Assembly (NCBI GenBank): GCA_963753345.1
Contig: CAVWBU010000015.1
Location: forward strand, 64,001-128,000
DNA: 64,000 nt
Direction: 5' to 3'
Source: an uncultured Fibrobacterota bacterium
GTDB lineage: Bacteria > Fibrobacterota > Chitinivibrionia > Chitinivibrionales > FEN-1185
A program made the translations under genes and the position numbers. Positions 42,877 to 53,700 of this stretch are shown here, piece after piece (position 1 is the stretch's first letter; the number at the start of each line of letters is the position of its first letter). The notes below the pieces were generated by a model. That model did no database searches and had not been told where the DNA came from. It was given only the letters and a program-made list of their open reading frames with translations.

Positions 42877-44590
42877 ATGACAGAAGAAAAAGTAAATCAG
42901 ATTGCACCAGAATCCGAAAAACCCGCAAACTTCATCCGCGAGATCATCGCGCAGGACCTCGCATCGGGCAAGGTGAAGAAAGTGGTAACGAGGTTCCCGC
43001 CCGAGCCCAACGGCTATCTGCACATCGGACACGCCAAGGCCATAAGCATAGATTTCGGAATGGCCATGGAATTCGGCGGCGAATGCCACCTACGCTACGA
43101 CGACACCAACCCGAGCAAGGAAGACCAGGAATATGTGGACGCCATCCAGCAGGACGTACGGTGGCTCGGCTACGACTGGGGAAAGCACCTCTATTATGCG
43201 TCCGATTACTTCCAGCAGATGTACGAGTGGGCGGTGCACATGATAAAGGCCGGCACGGCATACGTGTGCGACCTTTCTGCCGACCAGATGCGCGAGTACC
43301 GGGGCACGCTTACGCAGCCGGGAAAAGAAAGCCCGTATCGCAACCGCACCGTAGTGGAGAACCTCGATCTGTTCGAGCGCATGCGCAAAGGGGAGTTTCC
43401 GGACGGCTCCCGTACCCTCCGGGCAAAAATAGACATGGCATCGCCGAACCTTAACATGCGCGACCCCGCCATGTACCGCATCGTCAAGAAACCCCATCAT
43501 CGCCAGGGCGATGCATGGTGCATCTATCCAATGTACGACTGGGCCCAGGGCAACGAGGACGCCATAGAAGGGCGTCACGCATTCCCTCTGTTCGCTCGAA
43601 TTCGAGAACCACCGGCCGCTGTACGACTGGTTCTTAAAACATGCGCCGGTGCCGTGCATTCCCCAGCAGCGGGAGTTCGCGCGTCTCAATCTCACCTATA
43701 CCGTCATGAGCAAGCGCAAACTGCTCCAGCTGGTGGAGGAGAAATATGTAAGCGGCTGGGACGATCCGCGCATGCCGACGATATGCGGCATGCGGCGGCG
43801 CGGGTACGCGCCCGAGGCGATCCGCGCGTTCTGCGAAAAAATCGGCGTTGCCAAACGCGACAGCATGGTCGAGGTTGCCCTGCTAGAGCATTGCGTGCGC
43901 GAAGATCTCAACAGGCGTACGCCGCGTGCCATGGCCGTGCTGCATCCGCTCAAGGTCGTCATCGACAATTATGCGGACGGTAAAACCGAAGAGCTTGACG
44001 CGGTGAACAATCCCGAGGACCCTTCGATGGGGAGCAGGAAGGTTCCGTTCTCGAAAGTGCTTTACATCGAGAAAGAAGATTTCATGCTCGATCCGCCCAA
44101 GAAATTCTTCCGTCTTTCACCCGGCAGGGAAGTGCGGCTTCGGTATGCGTATTTCATCACCTGCACGTCGGTGGAAAAGGATGCCGCGGGTACGGTGACC
44201 GCCGTGCACTGCACTTACGACCCCGCCACGCGGGGCGGTGCCGCGCCCGACGGCCGCTCGCCAAAGTCAACCATGCACTGGGTTTCGGCGCAGCATTCGG
44301 TCTCCGCGGCAATCCGGCTCTACGACTATCTCCTGACAAAGGAAAACCCGGCGGACGTCGCCGAGGGCATGGATTTCAAATCGCTCATCAATCCGCAGTC
44401 GCTCGTCGCGGTGAACGACGCCCGTCTGGAGCCGGCGCTCGCGCATGCAATGCCGGGCGACAGATTCCAGTTCGAGCGGGTGGGATATTTCTGCGCGGAT
44501 ACGGTCGACTCAAAACCGGGGAAACCGGTGTTCAATAGGACGGTGTCGCTGAAGGATACGTGGGCGAAGATACAGAAGAAGCAGAAGTGA
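42877..44590 (+). CDS. glnS: Glutamine--tRNA ligase, with a +1 frameshift at GGG 43570-43572 (likely read error)
   Basis: [22 protein letters not shown] and FQFERVGYF motifs. Deleting one G restores [24 protein letters not shown]. Confidence 0.93.
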
Positions 44591-44606
44591 AATTCCACAT
44601 AAAATA

Positions 44607-44650
44607 AAAATCCCGTTTCCCTGCCTTTGCAAGTGGAAACGGGATCTTTT
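44607..44650. terminator. Probable bidirectional intrinsic terminator
   Basis: atcccgtttcc/ggaaacgggat stem flanked by A and T runs, between convergent genes. Confidence 0.65.
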
Positions 44651-44683
44651 ATCGGAAACCGCAACCTTCCGGTAAGGCTCTGC

Positions 44684-44989
44684 TTACCAGCGTCCGCCGC
44701 CGCCTCCTCCTCCGAACCCGCCTTTGCCGCGTCCGCCTTCCGGCTTTGGACGGGCCTCATTGACGGTGAGCGCGCGGCCTTCGAGCTCTTTGCCGTTCAT
44801 GGCTGCGATGGCTGCCTGTGCTTCCTGGTCCGAACCCATTTCCACGAAGCCGAACCCCTTTGACCTACCAGAGTCCCGGTCGGTGATGACCTTGGCCGAG
44901 GCTACTGTCCCGAACCCTGCGAACATTTCCTGCAGCGAGCTGTCGCTAACGCTGTAGGGCAGGTTGCCTACATACAACTTGTTACCCAT
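44684..44989 (-). CDS. RRM RNA-binding protein with Gly-rich tail
   Basis: KLYVGNL (RNP2) and KGFGFVEM (RNP1). Confidence 0.95.
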   Translation of the reverse strand: MGNKLYVGNLPYSVSDSSLQEMFAGFGTVASAKVITDRDSGRSKGFGFVEMGSDQEAQAAIAAMNGKELEGRALTVNEARPKPEGGRGKGGFGGGGGGGRW

Positions 44990-45150
44990 CGAAACACTCC
45001 TTTAGGGCAGATGGTGACACTGTACGGTTGCCACGGCGATGACTCACCGTGCAACCGCTTTCGTTGATAATATAGTTTCCTCGCGAAGGTAAAGCACTTT
45101 TTTTGATTTTTAGGTGGTTTTTCGGAAATCCGGGTCCGGCGGTTCCGGAT

Positions 45151-46353
45151 CTAGCGGGCGATGAGAAACGGCACAACGCCGATGCGGTTGCCGCACGAAA
45201 AGAATTCCACATAATATGTCCCGGGCCTTATTCCCTTAAGGTCAAGCTCTGCGTATCCACCCCCGTACCCCTGCTTGACAAAAGCAGGTTGTGCAATCAT
45301 GGTTCCCCTTGCATCAACAAGCGTGAACGAAACGCGGCCAATGTCAAGCCCGGTACCGGCGATTCGCCAGCGGCGGGCTCCACAGGAGGTGATGGACAAC
45401 CCGTCGATCGCCGGAGGACGGCCTCCAGATGCAGCGCTGGTCGTTCCCATCACCGCGTCGCGCACTTCGCCGAGGAATTTCGGGACCACGGTGTAGGGGT
45501 CCCCCGAAAGGGCCTCAAGCAGCAGGTACCCGGTAAAACCTCCGGTCCGAAGAATGTTCACCACGTCCGGCAGGTCGTTCTCCACGTTCTGCTTGATGAG
45601 GAAATTCGTCGCATACGGCAAGGCGGCCGCGAGGTCGGCGTCCAGGTTGGCGGTGACGAAAGAGCCGGTGTCGAGAAGGACGCCGAAATTTGAAGAGTTT
45701 ACGAGTCCGACGAGCGTGATGATCTGTGCCGCCGTGGTGAGCAGGTCGGCGTGGTTCTGCACCACGATTTTCACACCGTAAGGTTGCGCGTAGTCGGCGC
45801 ACTGCTTCATGCAATCGGCCGTCCAGGCTGCGACCTCGTTCCAACTGTTCGCCGAGCCCGAAGGCAGGGGCCCGCAGAAGACGCGCAGCACGGGCGCGCC
45901 GAGTTTGGCCGCCACGCCGACCCAGTTCTTGACAAGCTGGACATCCGCAGCGCGGGCCGCCGCGTCGGTGGAGGCGAAGTTGTCGTTTACCCCGGTGCCG
46001 CTGATGGCGATGCCCGACGCGGCGGCCTTGTCCTTGACACTCGCGATATATGCGTCGGAGGGAACGGCCGGGTATCCCGGGAAGTAGTATCCCTGCATGT
46101 CGATGGCGTCGAACCCGTTTGTTTTGCAGAAGTCAATTGCGTCGGCAAGGGTCATTCCCGGCGATACGCCGTTTGCGCCGTTGGTGAGCAACGTGTTGAA
46201 AGAATAACAGTTGAGGCTGATCTTGTAGGGCCCGCCGTAATAAGATACGGCAAGGGAGCTCTGAGCGAACGCACTCCGCGCGTACAATGGCATTCCCATC
46301 GCAGCGGCAAGCGGCACCAGCGATGCGGCGGAGACGAATTCTCTTCTGTTCAT
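45151..46353 (-). CDS. Tat-exported sugar-phosphate isomerase/epimerase (xylose-isomerase-like TIM barrel) with T9SS-like C-terminal domain
   Basis: MNRREFV twin-arginine signal; LGAPVLRVF, QNH and LDTG motifs; C-terminal LVDARG...PGTYYV. Confidence 0.8.
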   Translation of the reverse strand: MNRREFVSAASLVPLAAAMGMPLYARSAFAQSSLAVSYYGGPYKISLNCYSFNTLLTNGANGVSPGMTLADAIDFCKTNGFDAIDMQGYYFPGYPAVPSDAYIASVKDKAAASGIAISGTGVNDNFASTDAAARAADVQLVKNWVGVAAKLGAPVLRVFCGPLPSGSANSWNEVAAWTADCMKQCADYAQPYGVKIVVQNHADLLTTAAQIITLVGLVNSSNFGVLLDTGSFVTANLDADLAAALPYATNFLIKQNVENDLPDVVNILRTGGFTGYLLLEALSGDPYTVVPKFLGEVRDAVMGTTSAASGGRPPAIDGLSITSCGARRWRIAGTGLDIGRVSFTLVDARGTMIAQPAFVKQGYGGGYAELDLKGIRPGTYYVEFFSCGNRIGVVPFLIAR

Positions 46354-46374
46354 GGTGTCTCCAATCCTGCGATG

Positions 46375-49155
46375 CTACTGCACCACCACAATTCGTTTTG
46401 CAATGGAGAATTGCCCGTCGGCGACACACCGCACGATGTAAACCCCGTTGCCGACGGTGCCGGTCGCCGAAGCACCGGGCAACTGAATGGAATGCCATCC
46501 CTGTGCGCGCGGTGCTGAAGGCATGCGCACAACTGCTCTTCCGTTCGCGCCGAGCACTTCGACCGTCACGTTCGCCTGCCTGCCGATAAAATACCGGATG
46601 ATGCCTCCATGCGCGGCTACGTTAAATGCGGGCAAAGAAGCATTGTCGAGCTGCTGCACAGTCCGTCCGAATGAAACCGCAGTGTAGTCCGGCACAGGAT
46701 ATACCGTGTACGCGGCGGTGGCCGTGCCGTTGAGGCCCACGCCCGTCGCCGAAACCGTGACCATTCCCGCATCAAACGTAGAGCGCACTGCGATCTTGCA
46801 CATGCCGCCCTCGGCAAGCATGTACGGATCGCCGGGATTGGCGCCGGCGTCCTGATTGGCGCCGCCGCGGTAGGTGCAGGGCCCGGAAACGCTGAAGTTG
46901 ATCTGGTTGGTTGCCGTGGGAACCCAGAGGTTGGTTGCATCCGCAACGGTTGCAAGGATAAACGCGCAGTCGGAACCGTTGGCCGTTATCTTGAACACCT
47001 CGCCGTTCGGCTTGACAAGCGGCGGTTCAACGGTGAGCAGGACATGGTCGGCCGCGCCGGCGGTCTTCTTCTCGTCAAAGCAGACCGTGTTGCCCGCAGA
47101 GTCCAGGCCTTCGGCCCGGAGCGTCCCCGCCGCCCACGTCACGTTGTCCCACCAGCACTGGTACGGCAATGACGTGGACGTGTTCGTCTTATCGTCGTTG
47201 TCGGTCAATTCGGGATTGGGCTTTTTCACGCCGAGACTTGTGCCGTTCAAAAGGAGCCGCACGCTGTCGCAATTGCTGAAAACGTTGACCCGTACAACGC
47301 CCGTCCGGTTCCAATGATGGGCGATGGCAACCGAGGGTTTTACCTTATAGGGTATCCATGCGGCCCTGTAGATGTAATAGATGAATTTCGGGATGCGGCT
47401 GAAATCCATGATCGACGTTCCGAACGACCTGCCCAAGCCGGTTTCGCCCGGCGACTCTGCCAAATACCAGTGCGCCAGGCCGAACGCGTTCGCCTTGATG
47501 TCGTTCTTCCAGTTCTGCAAATATTCGCCGGCAAACAAGAGCTCGTTGTCGTAGTCGTAACGGAACCCCTTGGTGCCCCATCCCTCCGCGCCCCAGCCCG
47601 GGAAATCGGTGCACAGCGAGTTGAGCTTCTGGCCGGCTTCGCATCCTGTCAATGAGCACGAGATCAGGTCGGAAACCTTGTCCTGGCAGGCGCGCAGATA
47701 CCCGCGGTCCGACTGCGGGTGCTGCGTGATGGGGTCCCACAGTTTCGCGAGGTCTTTGAGCGACTGGGCATAGCTCGCGGTGATGCCGGCGTTGCTCACT
47801 TCCCAGGCGAGAATGCTCGGGTTGTTCCGGTCGCGCACGATCATGTCGCGGTGGCATTCGTTCTTGAGCAGGCACGAGGGTTCGGTGCCGGTCACGGTCG
47901 CAAACGACCCTTCGCCTTCGCCGCTGGGCTGGACGATCATGACGCCGTACGCGTCGCCGGCCTCCACCAGCTCGCGGCTGTGGCATGAATGACCCGGTCT
48001 CCAGAGCCTGGCGCCGCATGCCGCGGCAAGCTTGACGTCGCGCCACTGCTGTTCCTCGGGTACGGCCGAACCGAGCGCGGGATAGTCGTAGCGGCTGGCC
48101 ACTCCCCACAGGTAATGCTGATGGCCGTTGATATAGGGGAAATTGATGTCCCAGGTGATCACCCGGATGCCCAGCGGGCTCTGGAAGACGTCGACCGTGG
48201 TATTCCCGACTTTCACGATGTGAAAGACTTTGTAGAGGTACGGCGTGCCCCATGGGCTGTTTGCCGGATACCACAGGTGCGGGTTCGGAATGTCGCCGGA
48301 CTGGTCGAACACGAAACTTGAGTCCGCGGCGATTGACTGCGAGCTTGTCTTTGTCAAGACAACCGTGTTGGCCGAGTCAACCACCTTCGTAGTGAGCGTG
48401 ACCACCTCGGCCGCGCCGCTTTCATTCTGAACATTGGTCATCATCCTCACCGTGGCCGAGGCATCGGTGGCCGAGACCGTGCCCACGCAGGTGCCCCATT
48501 TATTGACAACCGAATACACGTTCTGCGGAACATACACCTTGTCGGTGATGTGCATCCACACGGGCCGGAACAGCCCCCCGTCATTCTGGCCGAATCTGAA
48601 CGACATGGAGAAATTCGGGTCGGCAAAGAGCACGCCGGCATTACTGCTGATGCGCACCGCAAGAACGTTGTCGGCGCCGCCGAACGTCACCTTGCCGGTG
48701 ACGTCAACGATAAACGGGATGAACCCGATCACGTGCGTTGCCTGAGGGTTCACCACGCTGTTACCGGGGATAAAGGTGCCGTTGATGTACACCGCGCAAC
48801 CCACATGCGCGCCCTCGAACTCGATGAAGATGTTTCTTGACGCATAGGCGTTATCGAGCGTGAAGTGCTTCCGATACCAGGCCATGCCGCTCCAGGCGCC
48901 GCCCGTGCCTGCCGCTGTATTGGTGTAGGTGTCCATGTCGTTCCAGCAGTGGGGAATGCCCACCGTGGTCCAGCCCACGTCGCTGAACGTTGGTGCCTGG
49001 GCGCCCACGGGATCGCTCTTGGTGAACTTCCAGGGCGTTGCGCCCATGTTGATCTTCACCCGGTTGCTCGGTTCGCCGGTGTAGATTTCGGCCATGCAAA
49101 CAGAAATGGCTGCTGACAGAATAAGAAACGCGCTTGTAAGCAGGCGGATCCTCAT
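46375..49155 (-). CDS. Secreted GH2-like protein, paralog of 9311-12112
   Basis: Extensive identity to the 9311 gene (RYDYPALG, PEEQQWRDVKLA, AEGGMCK); GGAG RBS; C-terminal T9SS-like domain. Confidence 0.88.
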   Translation of the reverse strand: MRIRLLTSAFLILSAAISVCMAEIYTGEPSNRVKINMGATPWKFTKSDPVGAQAPTFSDVGWTTVGIPHCWNDMDTYTNTAAGTGGAWSGMAWYRKHFTLDNAYASRNIFIEFEGAHVGCAVYINGTFIPGNSVVNPQATHVIGFIPFIVDVTGKVTFGGADNVLAVRISSNAGVLFADPNFSMSFRFGQNDGGLFRPVWMHITDKVYVPQNVYSVVNKWGTCVGTVSATDASATVRMMTNVQNESGAAEVVTLTTKVVDSANTVVLTKTSSQSIAADSSFVFDQSGDIPNPHLWYPANSPWGTPYLYKVFHIVKVGNTTVDVFQSPLGIRVITWDINFPYINGHQHYLWGVASRYDYPALGSAVPEEQQWRDVKLAAACGARLWRPGHSCHSRELVEAGDAYGVMIVQPSGEGEGSFATVTGTEPSCLLKNECHRDMIVRDRNNPSILAWEVSNAGITASYAQSLKDLAKLWDPITQHPQSDRGYLRACQDKVSDLISCSLTGCEAGQKLNSLCTDFPGWGAEGWGTKGFRYDYDNELLFAGEYLQNWKNDIKANAFGLAHWYLAESPGETGLGRSFGTSIMDFSRIPKFIYYIYRAAWIPYKVKPSVAIAHHWNRTGVVRVNVFSNCDSVRLLLNGTSLGVKKPNPELTDNDDKTNTSTSLPYQCWWDNVTWAAGTLRAEGLDSAGNTVCFDEKKTAGAADHVLLTVEPPLVKPNGEVFKITANGSDCAFILATVADATNLWVPTATNQINFSVSGPCTYRGGANQDAGANPGDPYMLAEGGMCKIAVRSTFDAGMVTVSATGVGLNGTATAAYTVYPVPDYTAVSFGRTVQQLDNASLPAFNVAAHGGIIRYFIGRQANVTVEVLGANGRAVVRMPSAPRAQGWHSIQLPGASATGTVGNGVYIVRCVADGQFSIAKRIVVVQ

Positions 49156-49361
49156 AACGGTTTTCCTCCGGTTTGTGGGCGGGCGAGGCTCCTGTCGGAA
49201 GATGACGCCGATTGCGGGTGAGCAGCCATCCCCGGCGGCTTCTCCATAATATAAGAGAAAACCATTGCGGGTTCCTGGGAAAACTTGCGCGTTTGGTAAG
49301 GAACTGGTTTCACGGGGCAATCGCGGCTGCACGCCGCGAACTATTTTGAACAACCGATGCC

Positions 49362-49922
49362 ATGAAATCCTCCTCTTCATCCATTTTGCTTCGCGCTGTC
49401 GTCCGTCATCCACTCACCGATGTCACGCTTTTTGCAGGACAAACCGCATCCGGCATGGTTGTGGCGGGCATTTGCTTCGGCATGGTCAGGTCGCTTGGTC
49501 GACAACATGCGCAGGACTCGACAATACCCGAATTGCAGGAGTGGACCGGATTTGTAAAGGATTTCCTATCCGGTGGTGTGCGGTCGCTCAAAGAATTACC
49601 GCTGGATTTCACAGGATTCACGCCATTTGCAAAATCAGTTGCCGCCGCGTGCCAAAGAATTTCTTATGGCGCCACGGTGTCGTACTCACAGCTTGCCGCA
49701 ATGGCAGGACACCCGGATGCCGTCCGCGCTGCAGCATCGGTAATGCGAAATAATAGGTTTCCGCTGGCCGTGCCTTGCCACCGGGTGATTGCGAAGAATG
49801 GACGACCTGGCGGATTCATGGGGACAAGAACGGGCAAGCCTCTAGCGCTCAAGGCGGCACTGCTCGATATGGAACGAAAGGCCCTCGGTTTCCGTTCCCT
49901 TACAAAAAACCTGGCTCCCTGA
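49362..49922 (+). CDS. ogt: Methylated-DNA--protein-cysteine methyltransferase
   Basis: SYSQLA...RAAAS...PCHRV active-site motif. Confidence 0.88.
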   Translation: MKSSSSSILLRAVVRHPLTDVTLFAGQTASGMVVAGICFGMVRSLGRQHAQDSTIPELQEWTGFVKDFLSGGVRSLKELPLDFTGFTPFAKSVAAACQRISYGATVSYSQLAAMAGHPDAVRAAASVMRNNRFPLAVPCHRVIAKNGRPGGFMGTRTGKPLALKAALLDMERKALGFRSLTKNLAP

Positions 49923-49954
49923 CCAACTGCCCACAAAAATTACTAAGAACAGTA

Positions 49955-49983
49955 TTGAAAATCGTGCACTGTAGTGGTATAAT
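49955..49983 (+). promoter_or_regulatory. Sigma70-type promoter
   Basis: TTGAAA-N17-TATAAT upstream of the PilZ gene. Confidence 0.6.
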
Positions 49984-50041
49984 CATTCTGCCGGTATACA
50001 GACCGTTGCCGGCATAGCACACTTTTCCCCTTGGCGCGTCA

Positions 50042-50425
50042 ATGAACATGGAGCCGGTTATGGCAAAGCGTGAATCCGCCCACGATCGACGAATTCACCC
50101 GAGACTTCCCTGCAATTCGTCGCCTTTTCAGGTGTCTTTCAGGTGCAACGGCGGGGACATGTCGGCATTTGTCGAGGATATTTCGTCCATGGGCGCCAGG
50201 CTGCGCATGAATAAGGCATCGGAGCACATTCCTTTTCTCATCCAGGGGGAGTTTACCTACACGTTTCATACCGCGCTCGGTCCCACGCAATGCAAGGCGA
50301 AAACAGTGTGGGTGCAGCGCAAGGGCGTTGAATTCTTCTGGGGTGTGGAGTTCCTGAGGCTCGACTCAAACGACAACAATCCCCTCAACGTTATTATCAA
50401 GGATTTAAGCACGCAGGCGATGTGA
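50042..50425 (+). CDS. PilZ-domain protein
   Basis: RxxxR (RRIHPR), DISSMG and GVEF motifs. Start may be 50048 or 50060. Confidence 0.8.
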   Translation: MNMEPVMAKRESAHDRRIHPRLPCNSSPFQVSFRCNGGDMSAFVEDISSMGARLRMNKASEHIPFLIQGEFTYTFHTALGPTQCKAKTVWVQRKGVEFFWGVEFLRLDSNDNNPLNVIIKDLSTQAM

Positions 50426-50521
50426 GGTGAAAAGTTGAGGAGTTGAGAAGTTAAAACGGGAATGCTGCAGGCTCGTATCGGCTGTCCGGAAGAAATTTCC
50501 TCTAGCTTCTTCTTCCGAAAT

Positions 50522-50712
50522 AACCTCACCCCCGGCCCCTCTCCGCCCGGAGAGGGGAGAAGCAAAAGAACAAAAAAAGGTATTTGGAAAGGCGCGGTCT
50601 AACCGAAATCAGGTTCCCCAACGATGAAATCTTGAATGATGCCAAAGGTGCTTCAAAAAATAGGTGCCCGAAAATTCCCCTCTCCGGGCGGAGAGGGGCC
50701 GGGGGTGAGGTT
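50522..50712. repeat. REPIN-like pair of perfect 37-bp inverted repeats
   Basis: aacctcacccccggcccctctccgcccggagagggga at 50522-50558 and its exact reverse complement at 50676-50712; each arm is itself a hairpin. Confidence 0.9.
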
Positions 50713-50736
50713 CCAACGGATGTACAAGGTGGTTGC

Positions 50737-50778
50737 AAAAAAAAGGATCTCCGGAGTGTAAAGCTTTGGAGATCCTTT
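50737..50778 (-). terminator. Intrinsic terminator of nifJ
   Basis: aaaggatctcc/ggagatccttt stem with an A8 run (U-tract on the minus strand). Confidence 0.7.
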
Positions 50779-50799
50779 CTCGTTTCAAAACCTGTAGCT

Positions 50800-53700
50800 T
50801 TACATCTGCGTCTCCGCCATCTTCTTCAGCATCGCATACTTCGCATTCACGTTCTTCTGTGCCATTTCCATAAACTTCCCGCTCGCTTCCGGGTTCGTGC
50901 GCTGCAGGATCTTGTATCTGTTCTCGCGCATGGTGTAATCAACAAGCGGCATGGTCGGGTCTTTGCTGTCAAGCTGCAGCGGGTTTTTGCCCGCAGCGGC
51001 GAGCGCGGGATTGTACCGGTACAGCGGCCAGTGGCCGGACGCCACCGCATTCTTCTGCTCCTGGTACCCGTCAAGCATGTCTATGCCCTGGTTGATGCAC
51101 TGGGCATAGCAGAGAACGAGAGCGGGACCTTCGTAGGTCTCGGCCTCCATGAACGCCTTCACCGCCTGCTGCGGGTTTGCGCCGAGCGCGACCTTGGCAA
51201 TAAAAATGTAGCCGTAGCTCATGGCGATAAGGCCCATGTCTTTCTTGAATGTTGGTTTTCCGCCTGCGGCGAATTTCGCGACTGCACCCATAGGAGTGGC
51301 TTTTGATGCCTGGCCGCCGGTGTTGGAATACACCTCGGTGTCGAGCACCATGAGTTTCACGTTGCGGTTTGATGCGAGCACGTGGTCGAGCCCGCCGTAC
51401 CCGATGTCGTAGGCCCAACCGTCACCGCCGAACGCCCACACGGATTTTTTAGCAAGGAAATCGATGACCGACAGGAGCGCCTTTGCGTCGTCGGACTTGT
51501 CTTTTGCAAGGCCGGCCTTTGCGCGGTCGATGCGGGTGCGCTGCGTCTCGATTTTTTCCGCATCGGACTGGTCTGCGCCAAGGATTTCGCCGAGAAGTGT
51601 TTTGATTTCCGGGCCGCACGATCCGGTCTCAATCATTTTCTTCGCGTTCATGGCTGCGATATCGTTGAACTTGTCAACAGCCAGCCTCATGCCGAACGCG
51701 ACTTCGGCCGGGTCTTCGAACAGGGAATTGTTCCATGCGGGCCCGCGGCCGTCCGCCCGTTTGGCGTAGGGAGTTGTGGGAAGGTTGCCGCCGTAAATGG
51801 ACGAGCAGCCAGTTGCGTTGGCAATGATCGCCCGGTCGCCGAACAGTTGCGATACCAGCTTGATATACGGGGTTTCGCCGCAGCCTGCGCATGCGCTTGA
51901 GAATTCGAACAGCGGGCGCACGAACTGGCTGCCCTTCATGGTGTCTGTTTTAAAAAGCTTTGCGTCGGTCTCGGGAATTTTGAGGAAGAACTCCCAGTTT
52001 TTTGCCTCTGCCTCCCGCAGCGGCGTCTGCGGCTTCATGATGATCGCGTCGCCCTTGCCGGTCATGGGGCAATTCTGCACGCACACCCCGCAGCCGGTGC
52101 AGTCTTCAACGGCCACCTGCATCGTGTACTTGAGGCCCGCGTATTCCTTGCCTTTTGCATCTACCGACTTGAACGTCGCGGGCGCGCCTGCAAGGTGTTT
52201 CGGGTCGTATGCTTTGGGCCGTATGGTTGCATGCGGGCACAGCAGGGAGCACCGGTGGCACTGTATGCACACCGCCGGGTTCCACACCGGCACGTTGAGC
52301 GCGATATTGCGTTTTTCGTACTGTGTGGTGGCGGTGGGCCAGATGCCGTCGGCTGGCATCTGCGAGACCTTGACGGTGTGTCCCATCTGCTTGAGCAGCG
52401 TGCCGATCACCTCCTTGACAAACGCAGGCGCGTTGTCGGGCACGGGCTTGATTTCTTCGACAGGGTTGGTAACCTTGTCCGGGTATTCCACCTTGTTGAT
52501 TTCGCTCTGCGCCTTGTCGACCGCGGCGTTGTTCATCTGAAGGACCTTCTCGCCCTTCTTGCCGTACGATTTTTCAATGGCATATTTGATCGACTTGATG
52601 GCCTTGATGTCGTCCATCACCTTTGAAATGCGGAAGAACGCGGTCTGCATGATCACATTGATGCGGCCGCCGAGCCCGAGGCCCTGCGCTATTCCCACCG
52701 CGTCAATCACGAAAAACTGCGCCTTCTTGTCGATGATCTGCTGCTGCACCCGGCCTGGCAGTTTGGACCAGATGGTTGTTGCGTCATATTCGGAGGTGAG
52801 CAGGAACACGCCGCCTTCTTCGAGAAAGCCCAGCATGTCGTATTTCTCAAGGAACGAGTAATTGTGGCAGGCGATAAAATTGGCTTTGGTGATGAGATAG
52901 GGACGGCGTATGGGCTTGGGCCCGAAACGGAGGTGCGACACCGTGACCGCGCCGGCCTTCTTGGAGTCGTACACGAAATAGCCCTGCGCAAAGTTCGGGG
53001 TCTGCTCGCCGATGATCTTGATGGAATTCTTGTTCGCGCCGACCGTGCCGTCGGAACCGAGACCGAAGAACAGGGCGCGGTGCGTCTCCTTGTCTTCAAC
53101 GCTGAAGTTGCCGTCAAAAGCTATTGATGCGCCCATGACGTCGTCGTCCGGGCCCACCATGAAATGGTTTTTTGGTTTGTCTTTTGCGAGTTCGTCGAAA
53201 ATGCCCTTGACCATTGCGGGCGTGAACTCGGCTGAACCGAGACCGTAGCGTCCGCCGATGATTTTAGGATACTGTTTGAGCGCGGACGTTCCCTCGCTCA
53301 TTGCCTCGCCGAGAGCGGTGCGCACGTCTTCGTACAGAGGCTCGCCGAGCGAACCGGGTTCTTTTGTCCTGTCGAGGACCGCGATTTTCTGGACCGTGCC
53401 GGGAAGCGCATTGACAAATGCTTTCGCGTCGAACGGCCGGAACAGGTGGACTTTGAGCACGCCGGTCTTTGCGCCCTTGGCGTTGAGGTATTCCACCGTG
53501 TCCTGCACGGTTTCGCCGCCCGAGCCCATGATGATGATCACACGGTCCGCGTCCTTCGCGCCTTCATAGTCGAACAGGCGGTACTGCCGGCCCGTGAGCT
53601 TTGCGAATTTGTCCATGGCCGCCTGGACAATGCCGGGGCATGCCGCATAGAACTTGTTGACGGTTTCGCGTCCAGTAAAATAGACGTCCGGGTTCTGCGA

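Noticed and set aside
43560-43590. Programmed frameshift in glnS or dnaE2
   Set aside because: No slippery heptamer or stimulatory structure is present; scattered +1 insertions fit sequencing error better.
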